Source: Heteronotia binoei
Taxonomy: Eukaryota
DNA: 64,000 nucleotides
Reading direction: 5' to 3'
NCBI RefSeq assembly: GCF_032191835.1
Contig: NC_083240.1
Location: forward strand, 34,844,001 to 34,908,000
Of this stretch, positions 1 to 11,456 are shown one piece after another (position 1 is the first letter of the stretch; each line of letters begins with the position of its first letter). The translations under genes and the position numbers were made by a program. Below the pieces are notes generated by a model. It made no database searches and had not been told where the DNA came from. It saw nothing but the letters and a program-made list of their open reading frames with translations.

Positions 1-70
1 AGAAGAGCCGTGGCTCAATGGAAGAGCCCCTGCTTGGCATGCAGAAGGTCCAGGTTCAATCCCCGGCATC

Positions 71-504
71 GGAAAAACTAAGGGAAAGAAACTTAACCCA
101 AAAGCTGGAGTAAGAAACCTGAAAGGTTTAATATGCAATTAAAGGGCCAAACGTTAAAAACAAACTAAAATAAATCGTCAACCAACATACGAGAAGACAC
201 TGGATGCAACGTGTATGCCCTCCACTAAGACATAAGGCTGTAGAATAAGAGGCCTCAAGAATACCTTTAAGCCTTTGTCACTGCATTGAATTTCCTTGTG
301 GTCCAGCGCTGTTCTATTGTATTATTCTATTCTGCATTATGAGCCAATAGGTGTACTTACCTTTCTGACCTCTGGAGAAGACCAGTCTAGGTTGAATGGT
401 TTTAGCTCTCTACAATAAATACATGTATGTTGGTTTATGGTTTATTTTACAGTTTGCTTTTTAATGTTTGGCCCTTTAATTGCATATTAACCTTTCAGGT
501 TTCT
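71..504. mobile_element. Insertion with inverted repeats inside a Squam2-like SINE (possibly Penelope-like)
   Basis: Inverted repeats 113-159 and 459-504. Flanking 14-bp duplication CAATCCCCGGCATC (57-70) and CAATTCCCGGCATC (505-518). Degenerate hammerhead-like motif at 372-400. Confidence 0.55.
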
Positions 505-612
505 CAATTCCCGGCATCTCCAGTTAAAAGGACCAGGCAGCTGGTGATGGGAAAGCCCTCAGCCTGAGATCCTGGAGAACCGCTGCCAATCTGAGTAGAC
601 AATACTGACTTG

Positions 613-792
613 CAGGGCTCTTTTTCTAGCAGGAGCTCCTCTGCATATTAGGCCACGCCCCCCCTGATGTAGTCAGTCCTCCTGAAGCTTACACAGTAGG
701 CCCTGTAATAAGCCCTCTAAGCTGTTGGAGGATTGGCTACATCAGGGGGCGTGGCCTAATATGCAAAGGAGCTCCTGCTAGAAAAAGCTCTG
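613..792. mobile_element. Palindromic hAT MITE family C
   Basis: Self-complementary, perfect TSD CTGACTTG (605-612 and 793-800). Copies at 5266-5435 (TSD CTTGCAAG), about 24730-24890, about 29075-29245 and about 29385-29545. An ATTTGCAT-bearing subfamily lies at about 7705, 11080, 11420, 48260, 49230, 50100, 52060 and 59780. Confidence 0.82.
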
Positions 793-1314
793 CTGACTTG
801 GCTGGACCAAGGGTCTGATTCAGTATTAAGCAGCTTCATATGTTCACGTCAGAGCTGAGAGGCTGCACAAAAAGGTTTTGCTGGGAAGCCCCAGGAGGTA
901 AGAATGAAGCCAGGTCCAAGGGAAGCTGCCGCAGGGCTGCTTGGTCTTTTTGACAAGAGGCAAAACCCACACAGGCTGTTGCCTACCCGTTGGACGAGGG
1001 GCTGGGGAGCATAACTGCTGAGGCAGGAAGGGGCAGGCGCAGATTAGCTGGCAAAGCAACTGCTGTAGGTGTCCTCAAGAGTGCCAGGAAGGCAGCCAGA
1101 ACCTCCCCCCCACCAAAAAAAAGCTACAGACGAGGCTGCCTATGAAAAGGAGCTGCCAAAGGCTTTGCATCACTGGATCTTTATTTTACAGCATCCAAAG
1201 AACCAGCCAGAGCTCTGGTTGTGAAGCCCAAGTAAACTTATCTTTGTGGGAAGGTGGAAAACTGCACCGCAAGACTGGAAGGGACAAAGTGGGATGGGGG
1301 AGAGCTGTCTAGGC

Positions 1315-1893
1315 CAGGGGTGTCAAACATGCAGCCTGGGGGCCAAATCAGGCCCCAGAGGGCTCCTATCAGGCCCCCAAGCAACTGGCTGTCATCCGCT
1401 TCCTTCTCTCTCTCACTTCTTTCTGCATCACAGCTTGCTTTGCAAGGCCTGCTCAATCACACAGGTACTATAAAGCAAAACCTCTATTTTTTCCATTGGC
1501 TTAGGCTCCTCCCTTGGGAGGAAGGGGGGAAGCAGAGCTTGCTTTGCCAAGCTCCCTCAATTGCACAGCAGAGCTGCTGAGCCAAGCCTCTCTTCCTTCT
1601 ATTGGCTGAGGCTCCTCCCCCTCCTGGTCCCCTGGGGAAGGAAGTAAAGAGCCAAAGCTTCCTTTTTCCAGTTCCCTGGACCCCAAGGGAGAGATACAAA
1701 GAAAGCACCTTTAAGACCAATGAGTGCTAATGTTTTAAGGTGGTGGTTTTTTACATCTTGAATTGTGTTTGTGTCCTTTATAAAGTTTATATCTCTGTTA
1801 CCTAATCTTAAATAGGCACACACGTGACCTGGCCTGACAAGGTCTCATCTATGTCAGATCCGGCCCTCGTAACAAATGAGTTCGACACCCCTG
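1315..1893 (+). mobile_element. hAT MITE family A
   Basis: TIR CAGGGGTGTCAAAC / GTTCGACACCCCTG, perfect 8-bp TSD GTCTAGGC. Copies at 5561-6065 (TSD CCTTAGCC/CCTTAGTC), about 43600-44172, and 62628-63607. Confidence 0.88.
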
Positions 1894-2328
1894 GTCTAGG
1901 CTGCTGGGGGTGGTAACAGGAGCCTTTGGCTGGGCTTTGGCATCGAGGCCTTGTCAGCCTTTCTCCTTCCCTTGGGCCAGCAAGCAGGTCCGACTGTTCC
2001 TGCGTCGTGCCTCTCTCTTAAAGGGAAACAAAAACCGCAAGCTTCCATTGCAGGTAGTGCAGGCCTCACAAGGTTCCACCCTGGTCATGAGCCTCTGAAG
2101 AACAGAAATGTGTACTGGGTGCAGAACTGGGCATCCTGAGAATCACAGCCACGTCCAAAAGTAAAACCGAAAGAAACTACTGCTTTTGACGCTGTGTCAA
2201 AATCTTAACTGTCCTGCTGGCACCGGAAGGATAAATTATGCAAAATGGGTGCTGACTGGCACAATTTAAACAAGCACCAGCAAGCCTCTGAGTTGGTGTT
2301 TCAGCATCAGTTGCTCCGGGGTCTAGGG

Positions 2329-2805
2329 CAGCAGTCCCCAACCTTTTTGGCACTAAGGACCGGTTTTGTGGAAGACAATTTTTCCATGGACCATGGGTGC
2401 GGGGATGGTTTCAGAACGATACAATTGTGCACTTTATTCTGATGTGGTTAAGGATGCAGACTCTTATCTGGGAGAACCGGGTTTGATTCCCCACTCCTCC
2501 ACTTGCAGCTGCGGGAATGGCCTCGGGTCAGCCGTAGCTCTCACAGAGTTGTCCTTGAAAGGGCAGCTTCTGGGGAGAGCTCTCTCAGCGCCACCTACCT
2601 CACAGAGTGTCTGTTGTGGGGGAGGAAGATAAAGGAGACGGTGAGCCACTGAGATTTGGAGCGGAGGGCAGGATATAGATCCAATGTCGTCATCTTATTA
2701 TCACTACATTGTGACATATAATGATATAATTATACAACTCACGGCCCAGTTGCTAACAGGCCACGGACCGGGACCAGTCCATGGACCAGGGACTGGGAAC
2801 CCCTG
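2329..2805 (+). mobile_element. hAT MITE containing a nested Squam3 (about 2442-2700)
   Basis: TIR-like CAGCAGTCCCCAACC / GGGAACCCCTG, perfect TSD GTCTAGGG. Related half copy at 16590-16702. Confidence 0.8.
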
Positions 2806-2923
2806 GTCTAGGGGACGGCAGCTTTGCTGATGGGGTGGGGGGTTAGTAAAGGAAGACTGACCATAATGGAACTGACTTGTGTATGGATTTGGCCCCTTTA
2901 GAGGCTCGGCAGACACCTTTATC

Positions 2924-5900
2924 TCAGCTGGGCTGTTGCAGCCGAAGACTCTTCCTCCTGCCTTTCCTCTTTTTCTGGGAAGGGGTTGGCAAAGGGTGCA
3001 ACGAGGAGGGCTGCGCGGTGCCCGTTTTCTTGGTCCACGCGCCAGCTGGCTCGCCGCTGAGGATGGCGTTGAAGGTCTCCTCCTTGGCCACGGAGAGCTT
3101 CTGCCCTCGGAAAGCCCCCTTCCCCAGCCCTTGCACGTCTAATGGCTTGACAGAGCCAGCTCCCTTGGACACCTTCATGCCCTTCTTCTTCCCCTTCCGG
3201 CCTTTGCCCTTTCCTTTACGCCGCTTTGGAGCGGAGCCACTCGGCCTGGCTTGGGTACTGGCAGCGGTGGTGGACTCTCGTCTGGGAGCTGCTGATGTAG
3301 ATGTGGTTGATGGCCGCTGCGTGGCTGGGCCGTCGATTACCTGCCCGCCGTAGTCGTACAGCACCGGCTCTTGGGCCACAGCCACAACCACAGTGCTGTA
3401 ATTCTTGCACCTGCGAAGGAATGAGGAAGAAAGGGAGAGATGGTAGAAAACGCACCATGGGGGAAGAGAGTCTAGCTTGCATTTTCAAAATGACAAGTGA
3501 CTAGTCCTCATGTGGTGTCACGGACAGGCCCGCTGCAATCTCCCAAAGCCAAGGGGCAAGCAAAGGTTTCTGGGAGGAGCTGCAGCATCCCTCCCCCGTG
3601 ACTTGATGGCCAAAGGTGGAATGCGCCGAGAGTGTCAGAGTTAATGATTGCAAAATAGTGGGAAATAACACATTTGCCAGCCAATGGACTAGTGCAGTGT
3701 TTCAGTTCCACAGGACATGGGCTTTTGCTGCAGTAGTTTGTTGGTCCTTCTAGCCGAATGCTGTATTTTTCTGTTCCCTGATGTTCCTTCACTGGGCAAC
3801 TGGAGCCTGCGTACAGAGCTGGCACGCTCTCCCCACTTGCAACTGCTGGAATGGCCTTGGGTCAGCCATAGTTCTGGCAGAGTTGTCCTTGAAAGGGCAG
3901 TTTCTATAAGAGCTCTCAGCCCCAGCTGCCTCAAAGGGTGTCTGTTGTGGGGGTAGAAGAGAAAGGAGATTGTGAGCCACTGTAAGACTTGGAGTGGAGA
4001 GCAGGATATAAATCCAATATCTTCTTCTCTATCAAAGAGTTTTACTCAGCTGTGAGGAGAGTGAGCCTTTCTGCAGGTGTGAGCAGAACCCTAGTGACTA
4101 TAAAATGCGTCTCCATGCAAAGTGAAGACACAGAGACGCTTAAGCTCTGATGTAAGAGAGCCAGTTTGGGGTAGTGGTTAAGTGCAGCTCCTCCCAGAAA
4201 TCTTTGCTTGCCCCTTGGCTTTGGAGATTGCAGTGGGCCCTGTCTGTGACGCCACATGAGGACTAGTCACTTGTCATTCTTTTTAGCCCCCAGCTCACAG
4301 AAGGATGGCCCCAGAGCAAACTAATTGATGCAGTAGCTCACAACTTGAATGCCAGTAGCTCAGAAAGTAGAATTTTTGCTCACAAGACTGCGGCTTAGAG
4401 GGAACATCGGTCTTTGTGAGAGCCAGTTGTGGTGTAGTAGTTAAGAGCAGCAGACTCTAATCTGGAGAACCGGGTTTCATTCCTCACTCCTCCTCCCCAT
4501 GCAGCTGGCTGGGTGACCTTGGGTCAGTCATAGTTGTCTCCAAGCTGTTCCGAGCCAGTTTGGTGTAGTGGTTAAGTGCATGGACTCTTACCTGGGAGAA
4601 CAGGGTTTGATTCCCCACTCCTCCGCTTGCAGCTGCTGAAATGGCCTTGGGTCAGCCATGGCTCTTGTAGGAGTTGTCCTGGAAAGGGCAGCTGCTGCAA
4701 GAGCTCTCTCAGCCCCACCCACCTCACAGGGTGTTTGCTGCGTGGGGGGGGGAGTAAAGGAGATCGTGACCACTGTGAGATTCAGAGTATAGGGTGGGAT
4801 ATAAATCTAATACCATCATCATCTTGCTTGCTGCAAATTGGCCTCATCCTGCTTTGACTTACTTCTGATCAAAACCTCGGCTCTTTCTGCCTGCCCCAAG
4901 GCCACTTTGATGACCCATTTTTTCCCCAGGCTATTTCATCGGCCCTCCCTGCTGTCGCCATCCCCGCTGGAAGGGCTGGGGTTGGGGAAAACCCACTCAC
5001 CACACGTAGAGGTAAGGTTCCACGCATTGCTTCTTGTGGACGAACTCAAAGCAGGGCACCTGGATGACGTTGAAGAAGGCCTGGCCCACCACTCGGGAGG
5101 CTGTGTCGTTCACCTTCCGCAGGCAGGCCTTTAACCTGGCGGGGGGAGGGACAGAAGAGCTCTTGGTTGACAGTCAGCCTCAGCCTTGCCCCCAGCTGGT
5201 CCTTACGGGTTCTTTAGGGGAGAAATCATACCACCTCCAGGTACCTGTCCAAGGTGGCTTGCAAGCAGGGGTGGAATTCTAGCAGGAGCTCCTTTGCCTA
5301 TTAGGCCACACCCCCTGATGTAGCCAATCCTCCAGGAGCTTACAAAAAAGAGCCTTGTAAGCTCTTGTAGAATTGACTGCATCAGGGAGGTGTGGCCTAA
5401 TAGGCAAAGGAGCTCCTGCTAGAATTCCACCCCCGCTTGCAAGATATAACAAAGCCTTAAGAGAGATCAATGAAAGCCGAACTTTAAATCCCCAGCCCAG
5501 TCCTTGTTAGGCCTCTCGTCTTGGTTCCAAAAGCTCCTTGGCCATGATCCCTCCTTAGCCCAGGGATGTCAAACGTACGGGCTGGGGGCCAAATCAGGTT
5601 CCTGGAAGGGTTCCTAAGGCCCGCAAGCAAGTCTGCTTTTTCTCCCTCTCTCTTGCATCCTTCTATGTCACAGCTTGCTTTGCCAGGCTTGCTCAATCGC
5701 ACAGGAGTTACAGAACAAAGCCTCTATTTTCTCCATTGGCTGAGGCTCCCCCCATGGAGAGGAAGGAGAATTTGCTTTGCCAGGCTCTCTCAATCACATA
5801 GCAGAGCTACTGAGCCAAGCCTCTTTTCCTTCTATTGGTTGAGGCTCTGCCCTCTCATCCCCAAGGAAGGGAGGGGAAAAGCCAGAGTTTCCTTTGCCCA

Positions 5901-8900
5901 GTTTCCTCGATCATAAGGGAGAAATACAAAATATTTAATTGTGTTTGCATGAAGTTTATATCACCACTATTCTGGCATTACATTTTATGACACACATATC
6001 CCAGCCCAACAAGGTCTTATTTATGTCAGATCCGGCCCTCATAACAAATGAGTTTGACACCCCTGCCTTAGTCTTTCTCTGCCTAAAGAACATGAGAAGC
6101 CATGTTGGATCAGGCCCATCCAGTCCAACACTCTGTGTCACACAGTGGCCAAGAAACCCCAGGTGCCATCAGGAGGTCCATCAGTGGGGCCAGGATACTA
6201 GAAGCCCTCTTACTGTGCCACCCCCAAGCACCAAGAATACAGAGCATCACTGCTCCAGACAGTGAATTTGCAGAACTGGCAACCATAAAAGGCTAGTTTG
6301 GCCTCAACCATATGGTTTTGCTCAGTGGTAAAATATCTCCAGATAGCCCCATGGCGCAGAGTGGTCAGCTGCACTGCTGCAGTCCAAGCTCTGCTCACGA
6401 CCTGAGTTCGATCTTGGCAGAAGCTGGGTTCAGGTAGCTAGCTGGCTCAAGGCTAACTCAGCCTTCCATCCTTCCGAGGTCGGTAAAAGGAGTACCCAGC
6501 TTGCTGGGGGTATAGATGACTGGGGAAGGCAATGGCAAACTACCCCATAAAAAAGTCTGCTAAGAAAACATCCTGATGTGACATCACCCCATGGGTTGGA
6601 AACGACCCAGTGCTTGCACAGAGGACTACCTTGACATTTTTAAAATATTTCCTGTATCTGGCATTACATTTTATGGCACACATGGCCTAGCTCTCTGATC
6701 TGGCCTCATAACAAACGACACCTCTGTTCTAAGCTGTGCAGCTGAGCGGACGCTCATTAACCCAGGAAGCCCCGCTCAGCAGCAATCTGGAACCATGCAG
6801 GGCTTTGCGATGCCCATAGCTCATTTTAAGATGACAGCAGTTACATTCTACTCAGGATGTGAGGGGGCTTAGAAGGAGCCTGGCCCGCTACTCCTGCTCA
6901 CCTCTTGTCGCAGTCGCAGTGGCTGATGGTGTGCCAGCGGAAGTTGCGGTACCCAAACTTCAAGGTGAAGGGGTGGATGACATCTTGGCAGTGGTCGTGC
7001 TCCCGGCAACACCTGTCTGTCTCCCGGTGCTCCCCTGGAAGGATGGAGAAGGGAGGCAGTGCAAGGAACCCTCTGAGCCGAGTGGGCAACCTACTGGCCG
7101 GCCCCTTGTCCTGGGCGAGGCCACCCTCTCTAAGCCAATGATCTTTGAGTTTTCCAGACCTACTGGGCTCCAATCACAAAGCATCACAGTCATGTGACAG
7201 GAAGATGGGGAGCCGGAATTATGACTCCACTAGTGTCAGAGGCAGGGGAAAGAATTAGACCTTGGACAGCAGGACTCATCCTGTCTGGAGGAACCAGGCC
7301 TCAGATTCAGCAGGAGCTCACAGGAGCACAGCTCCTGAACCTTTGTGAGGATTCTCCCTTTTCCTCCCCACCTACCTTGTCCATTGAATAGGAGATGCAA
7401 CTGCATAACAATCCCGGGATTAGGAGAGCGGGCAGCCAGCCAGCCACCAGGGACTCTGCCATGCCCCCAGAAGCCCTCATCAACCCCTGGAGAAGCCCAT
7501 GCCACCCTTTCTCCACTTCTTATGTGGCTTGCTGGCCTTCTGACTGGGTGCAGGCGGCCCAGGAGAGCCCCAGGAGAGCAAGAACTGCTTGGGCTGGCTG
7601 AATCTCTAGCCAGTCCAAGCAGGTCTCACTCGCCCAGGGCTTTCCTTTCTTGCATTGGGTTACTTTTGGTGTGGGGTGGCGGTGTATGCTAATGAGCAGG
7701 GCCTTTTTTGTAGAAAAAGCCCAGCAGGGACTCATTTTCATATTAGGCCACACCCCCTGACATCACCATTGTTTAGCATAGAGCTTTTTTGTATGAGAAG
7801 CCCAGCAGAAGCTCATTTGCATATAAGGCCACGCCCCTGGTGTCGAGCCAGCCAGAACTGTGTTCCTGCTGAAAAACAAGCCCAGCTAATGAGTTATACT
7901 AATAAGCTCCACCTATTTTTCTGCAAAACGACCCCTGGGAGGAACAAGCCAATGGTCATGGAGGAATCCTTTCCTTTCACTGACTCTCCTGCCATTCTTC
8001 TCAGGGTGTGTGCACAATGATGCAAGAGATGGCACTTTGCTCTTCACGCATGGACGCAAGCAGCAGGCGCTCTCCCAAAAACATGGGCCTGAAGGGGGCT
8101 TCTGACCCACAGGCTGAATACTACTGCCCTAAGGCCTGCACGCTCGCCCTTCTTTCCTTCTTTCTCTCAAGCCATCCTGCAATCTCAACTGTGAAGCTAG
8201 TGACACCCCAACATACCACCAGCACCCTTCCCAATTAGCTTGGGTTGCCAACCTCCAGGTAGGCCCTGCAGGTCTCCCAGAATTGCAACTGACCTCCGAA
8301 CTACAGAGATCAGGTGCCCGGAAGGAAATTCTTCCTCTCTCCGGCTTTATAAGCCCACTGAGCCCGCCTCCCTTTGCTCTATCCTCAAATCTCCAGGAAT
8401 TTTCCCAGTCTGGATTTGGCAGCCTTATTGTTGGCCCTTCCTCAAGGAGCTTGGCACCTCCAGGGGGAGGCATCACCCACAGCTATAGAAAGGAAGGGAA
8501 AGGGGCTACTGGGGAAAGCTCTTACTGGAAGACACGTCTGTCTTTAACATGCCGCCGGGCTCTTGTCTTATTCTGACTGAAGGTTTTTTAGCATTCTGCA
8601 AGGGGGAAGCTTTCTTGTTGAAGGTGTTCTCTCACCCCGCCCCAAAAATAACCATCGCTAGGTGCTATCATGCCCTGACTTGGACAGCCCTGGTTAGCCT
8701 AGTCTTGTCACATTTTGGTTGGCCCTAGTTAATATTTAGGTGGGAGACCACCAAGGAAGTCCAGGGTTGCCAGGCAGAGGCACAAACCACCTCTGAACAC
8801 CTCTTGCCTTGAGAAACAGGCAGAGTTGCCATTCAGTCATCCGGGACTTAACAGCAAAGGGGAAAAAAAGAGAAGCGCTGTCACATGACAGAACTGATCT

Positions 8901-10716
8901 CTGCCGTTTGCAAAATGTGTTCAGGTGGGTGGCTCTGTTGGCCTGAAGCAGTAGAACAAGAGTTGGAGTCCAGGGGCACCCAGAAGGCCAACAAAGTTGA
9001 ATTCTGGGTAGAAGCTTTTGTGTGCAGGCATGCTTCTGATGAGCCAACATGGCTACCCCCCCCTGACCTTATCTGAAGAAGGGCATGAACACGAAAGCTT
9101 CTCCCCGGAACAAAATGTTGTTGGTCTTGAAGTTGCCACTGGACTCAAACTCGTGTTCTGCTGCTTCAGACCAAATCGAGTACCCACATCAATCTCTCTG
9201 AGCCAGTGCATGCACATGAAGGCTTATACCAGGGGTGGCCAAACTGTGGCTCAGGAGCCACATGTGGCTCTTTCACACATATTGTTTGGCTCTCAAAGGC
9301 CCCACTGCCCTGTTGGCTGGCAGCCTGAAGAATGCATTTAAAGTTGCTTTCTTTCTACCTCTACCTCCCCCATCTGTTTCCTTCCTTCCTTCCCCCTCCC
9401 TCCCTCTCTTACAGCTCTCAGACATCTGCCATCCATGTCTTGCAGCTCTCAAACATCTGATGTTTATTCTATGTGGCTCTTACATGAAGCAAGTTTGGCC
9501 ACCTCTGGCTTATACCCAGAACTAAACTTGAAGGTGCCATGGGACTCAGGCATTGCAAAATTTGTGGGAAGGTTTCTTTTCAATGCGTGATGCTTTCAAC
9601 GTTGCAGCGGGGCCATCCTGAACTCTTCGAAGCTCTTCGACGGCCGTGAACGTCAACGGGCGTAAACGCAGCCAGGATGGCCCTCTGGCGGGGCAGAGAG
9701 TGTTTGTTTTCCATGGGAAATGGGGCGCAAGAGACACACCCTCTTGGAGGTCTTGCTCTCTCCAGCCAGCAGAATCCCCCTTCTTCCTCCTGAGCAGCTT
9801 TCCTCCTGGCAGGGAGGAAGACATATGCCAGGGGTGGCCAAACTTGCTTAATGCAAGAGCCGCGTAAAAGAAACGTCAGATGCTTAAGAGCCACAAGACA
9901 TTAATGACAGATNNNNNNNNNNNNNNNNNNNNNNNNNNNNNNNNNNNNNNNNNNNNNNNNNNNNNNNNNNNNNNNNNNNNNNNNNNNNNNNNNNNNNNNN
10001 NNNNNNNNNNNNNNNNNNNNNNNNNNNNNNNNNNNNNNNNNNCTTTAACATTAAATGCATTCTCCAGGCTGCCAGCTGCCTTGGCTTGGAGAAGTGATTG
10101 AAAGAGACAAATGCCTCCTCCAAGCTGGCCAACATGGCGGTGGAGACTTTGAGAGCCACGCGATGTGTGTAAAAGAGCCACATGGGGCTCTCGAGCCACA
10201 GTTTGGCCACCCCTGACATATGCCAACTCTCCCCGGCTCCCCGCGCCCCGTCCCTCTCCAAGTCTCCAGGCGCTCCCTCTTCTTACCCAGCTGCTCGTAG
10301 CTCTCGGCGATGTTGCCGGCGCCGCACCACAGCGTGCCCGGGTAGGTGAAGCCTCGCTTCGTCCGCCGTCGAGGGGAGCCGCCGCGAGGCTCCGGCGGCC
10401 GGCAGGCCGCTTTGACCGCCTCCAAGTCGGGGAAAGCCGCCTCTTGCCGCCGCCGCTCCAGTCCCCTGCAGCGACTCAGAAAGGCGCCCAAGCCCGGCGG
10501 CTCGAGGGCAAGGCTGCAGGCGCTCAGGCCGCCCTCTCCGGGCTCCCAAGTGGCGCTGAGGAGCTCCCGCCCGTCGGATGCCTGGAAGAGGAGCCGCCCG
10601 TCGCCGTCCAGCGGGCTGCGGAGGGTGCAGAGGGCCGGCCCGCCCCTGGCCAGCCCCAGCCCCAGCCCCAGCCCGGCCGCCACCAGCGCTAGCAAGCGCA
10701 GCGCCCCCCCGCGCAT
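2924..10716 (-). CDS. PROCA1: PROCA1 orthologue; secreted group III phospholipase A2-like protein, 394 aa, 4 exons
   Basis: Exons 10716-10287, 7034-6902, 5135-5001 and 3410-2924, all GT-AG, total 1185 nt in frame. Signal peptide (MRGGALRLLALVAAGLGLGLGLARG), RRRTKR site, GFTYPGTLWCGAGN Ca2+ loop, DRCCREHDHC, HCDCD, WCKNY and a Lys-rich tail. Position next to RAB34 matches recalled human synteny. Confidence 0.88.
3489..4278. repeat. 96-bp inverted duplication in PROCA1 intron 3
   Basis: 3489-3584 is the reverse complement of 4183-4278 with only a few differences. Not seen elsewhere in the window. Confidence 0.88.
4552..4825 (+). mobile_element. Squam3-type (Ther1/MIR-derived) SINE; neighbouring copies at 3826-4030, 4156-4187 and 4418-4550
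   Basis: tRNA-like head GAGCCAGTTTGGTGTAGTGGTTAAG, body GTTGTCCTTGAAAGGGCAGCTGC and a (CAT/CTT)n tail. Family name is recalled. Confidence 0.8.
9230..9507 (+). mobile_element. hAT MITE family B
   Basis: TIR CAGGGGTGGCCAAAC, TSD GCTTATAC. Copies at 9828-10215 (TSD ACATATGC), 29923-30724 (TSD GATCAGAC), about 36118-36798, about 37085-37300, 41305-41738, about 54771-55069 and 57937-58229. Confidence 0.88.
9913..10042. other. Assembly gap (N run); others at 30388-30548 and 41388-41550
   Basis: N runs, each at the low-complexity centre of a family-B MITE. Confidence 0.95.
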
Positions 10717-11000
10717 CCTCGACGGGCGGAGGCTTTCAGCACCAGGGCGCACAGACAGCGCCCGGCGCCGCCTTTAAGACGCTGCAGCGGTGGCCTGATC
10801 CCAGGCGGGAGGAGGGGCCCCAGACTTCCCCTCTCCCTCCCCCACGGCTCAGGGCAGCCCCGCAGGCCCCAGAGGCAGGGCCCACCTCCGTCGAAGATTG
10901 ACAGGCCTTTCTAATAGGCCAGGAGGGCCATACAGGCAGGGGCGCGCAGGGAGCGGGGCACTTGAGAGAGAGGCGGGGGTCTGGTGCTATCCTGCAGGCT
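10230..11000 (-). promoter_or_regulatory. CpG island over PROCA1 exon 1 and promoter
   Basis: Visibly GC- and CpG-dense block covering the first coding exon and its upstream region. Boundaries approximate. Confidence 0.7.
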
Positions 11001-11456
11001 CCCCAGAAGCCAGAGGGGCCTGGGCTCGCACTCCCAAGGAAGGAGCAGGTTGGATATCTTCGACACAGGACCCTTTTTGGGGTAGAAAAAGCCCAGCAGG
11101 AACTTATTTGCGTATTAGGCCACACCCCGTGGCAGCATCGTTGTTTCGCACAAGGCTTTTTGGCAAAAAAAAAAAAAAAAGCCCAGCAGGGACTCATTTG
11201 CATATAAGGCCACACGCTCCTGACGCCAGGCCGGCCGGAACTGCATTCCTGCACGTTCTTGCTCAAAAAAAAAAAAGGCCCTGCTTCTATAAGTGATTAC
11301 GGATGGCATCTTATGCAGCACCAATGGGGTTATTGTGACTTTTAAGTGTTTGCCGCTTGTGCGAGTCAAGACTCTAGAGACTCATATTTCATTAACACAT
11401 ATGGCCATTCAGGGCTTTTTTGGCAGAAGCCCAGCAGGAACTTATTTGCATATTAT

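Noticed and set aside
10051-10752. 233-aa ORF as listed
   Set aside because: It starts at GTG and reads past the donor at 10286 into a MITE. The real coding part is 10716-10287.
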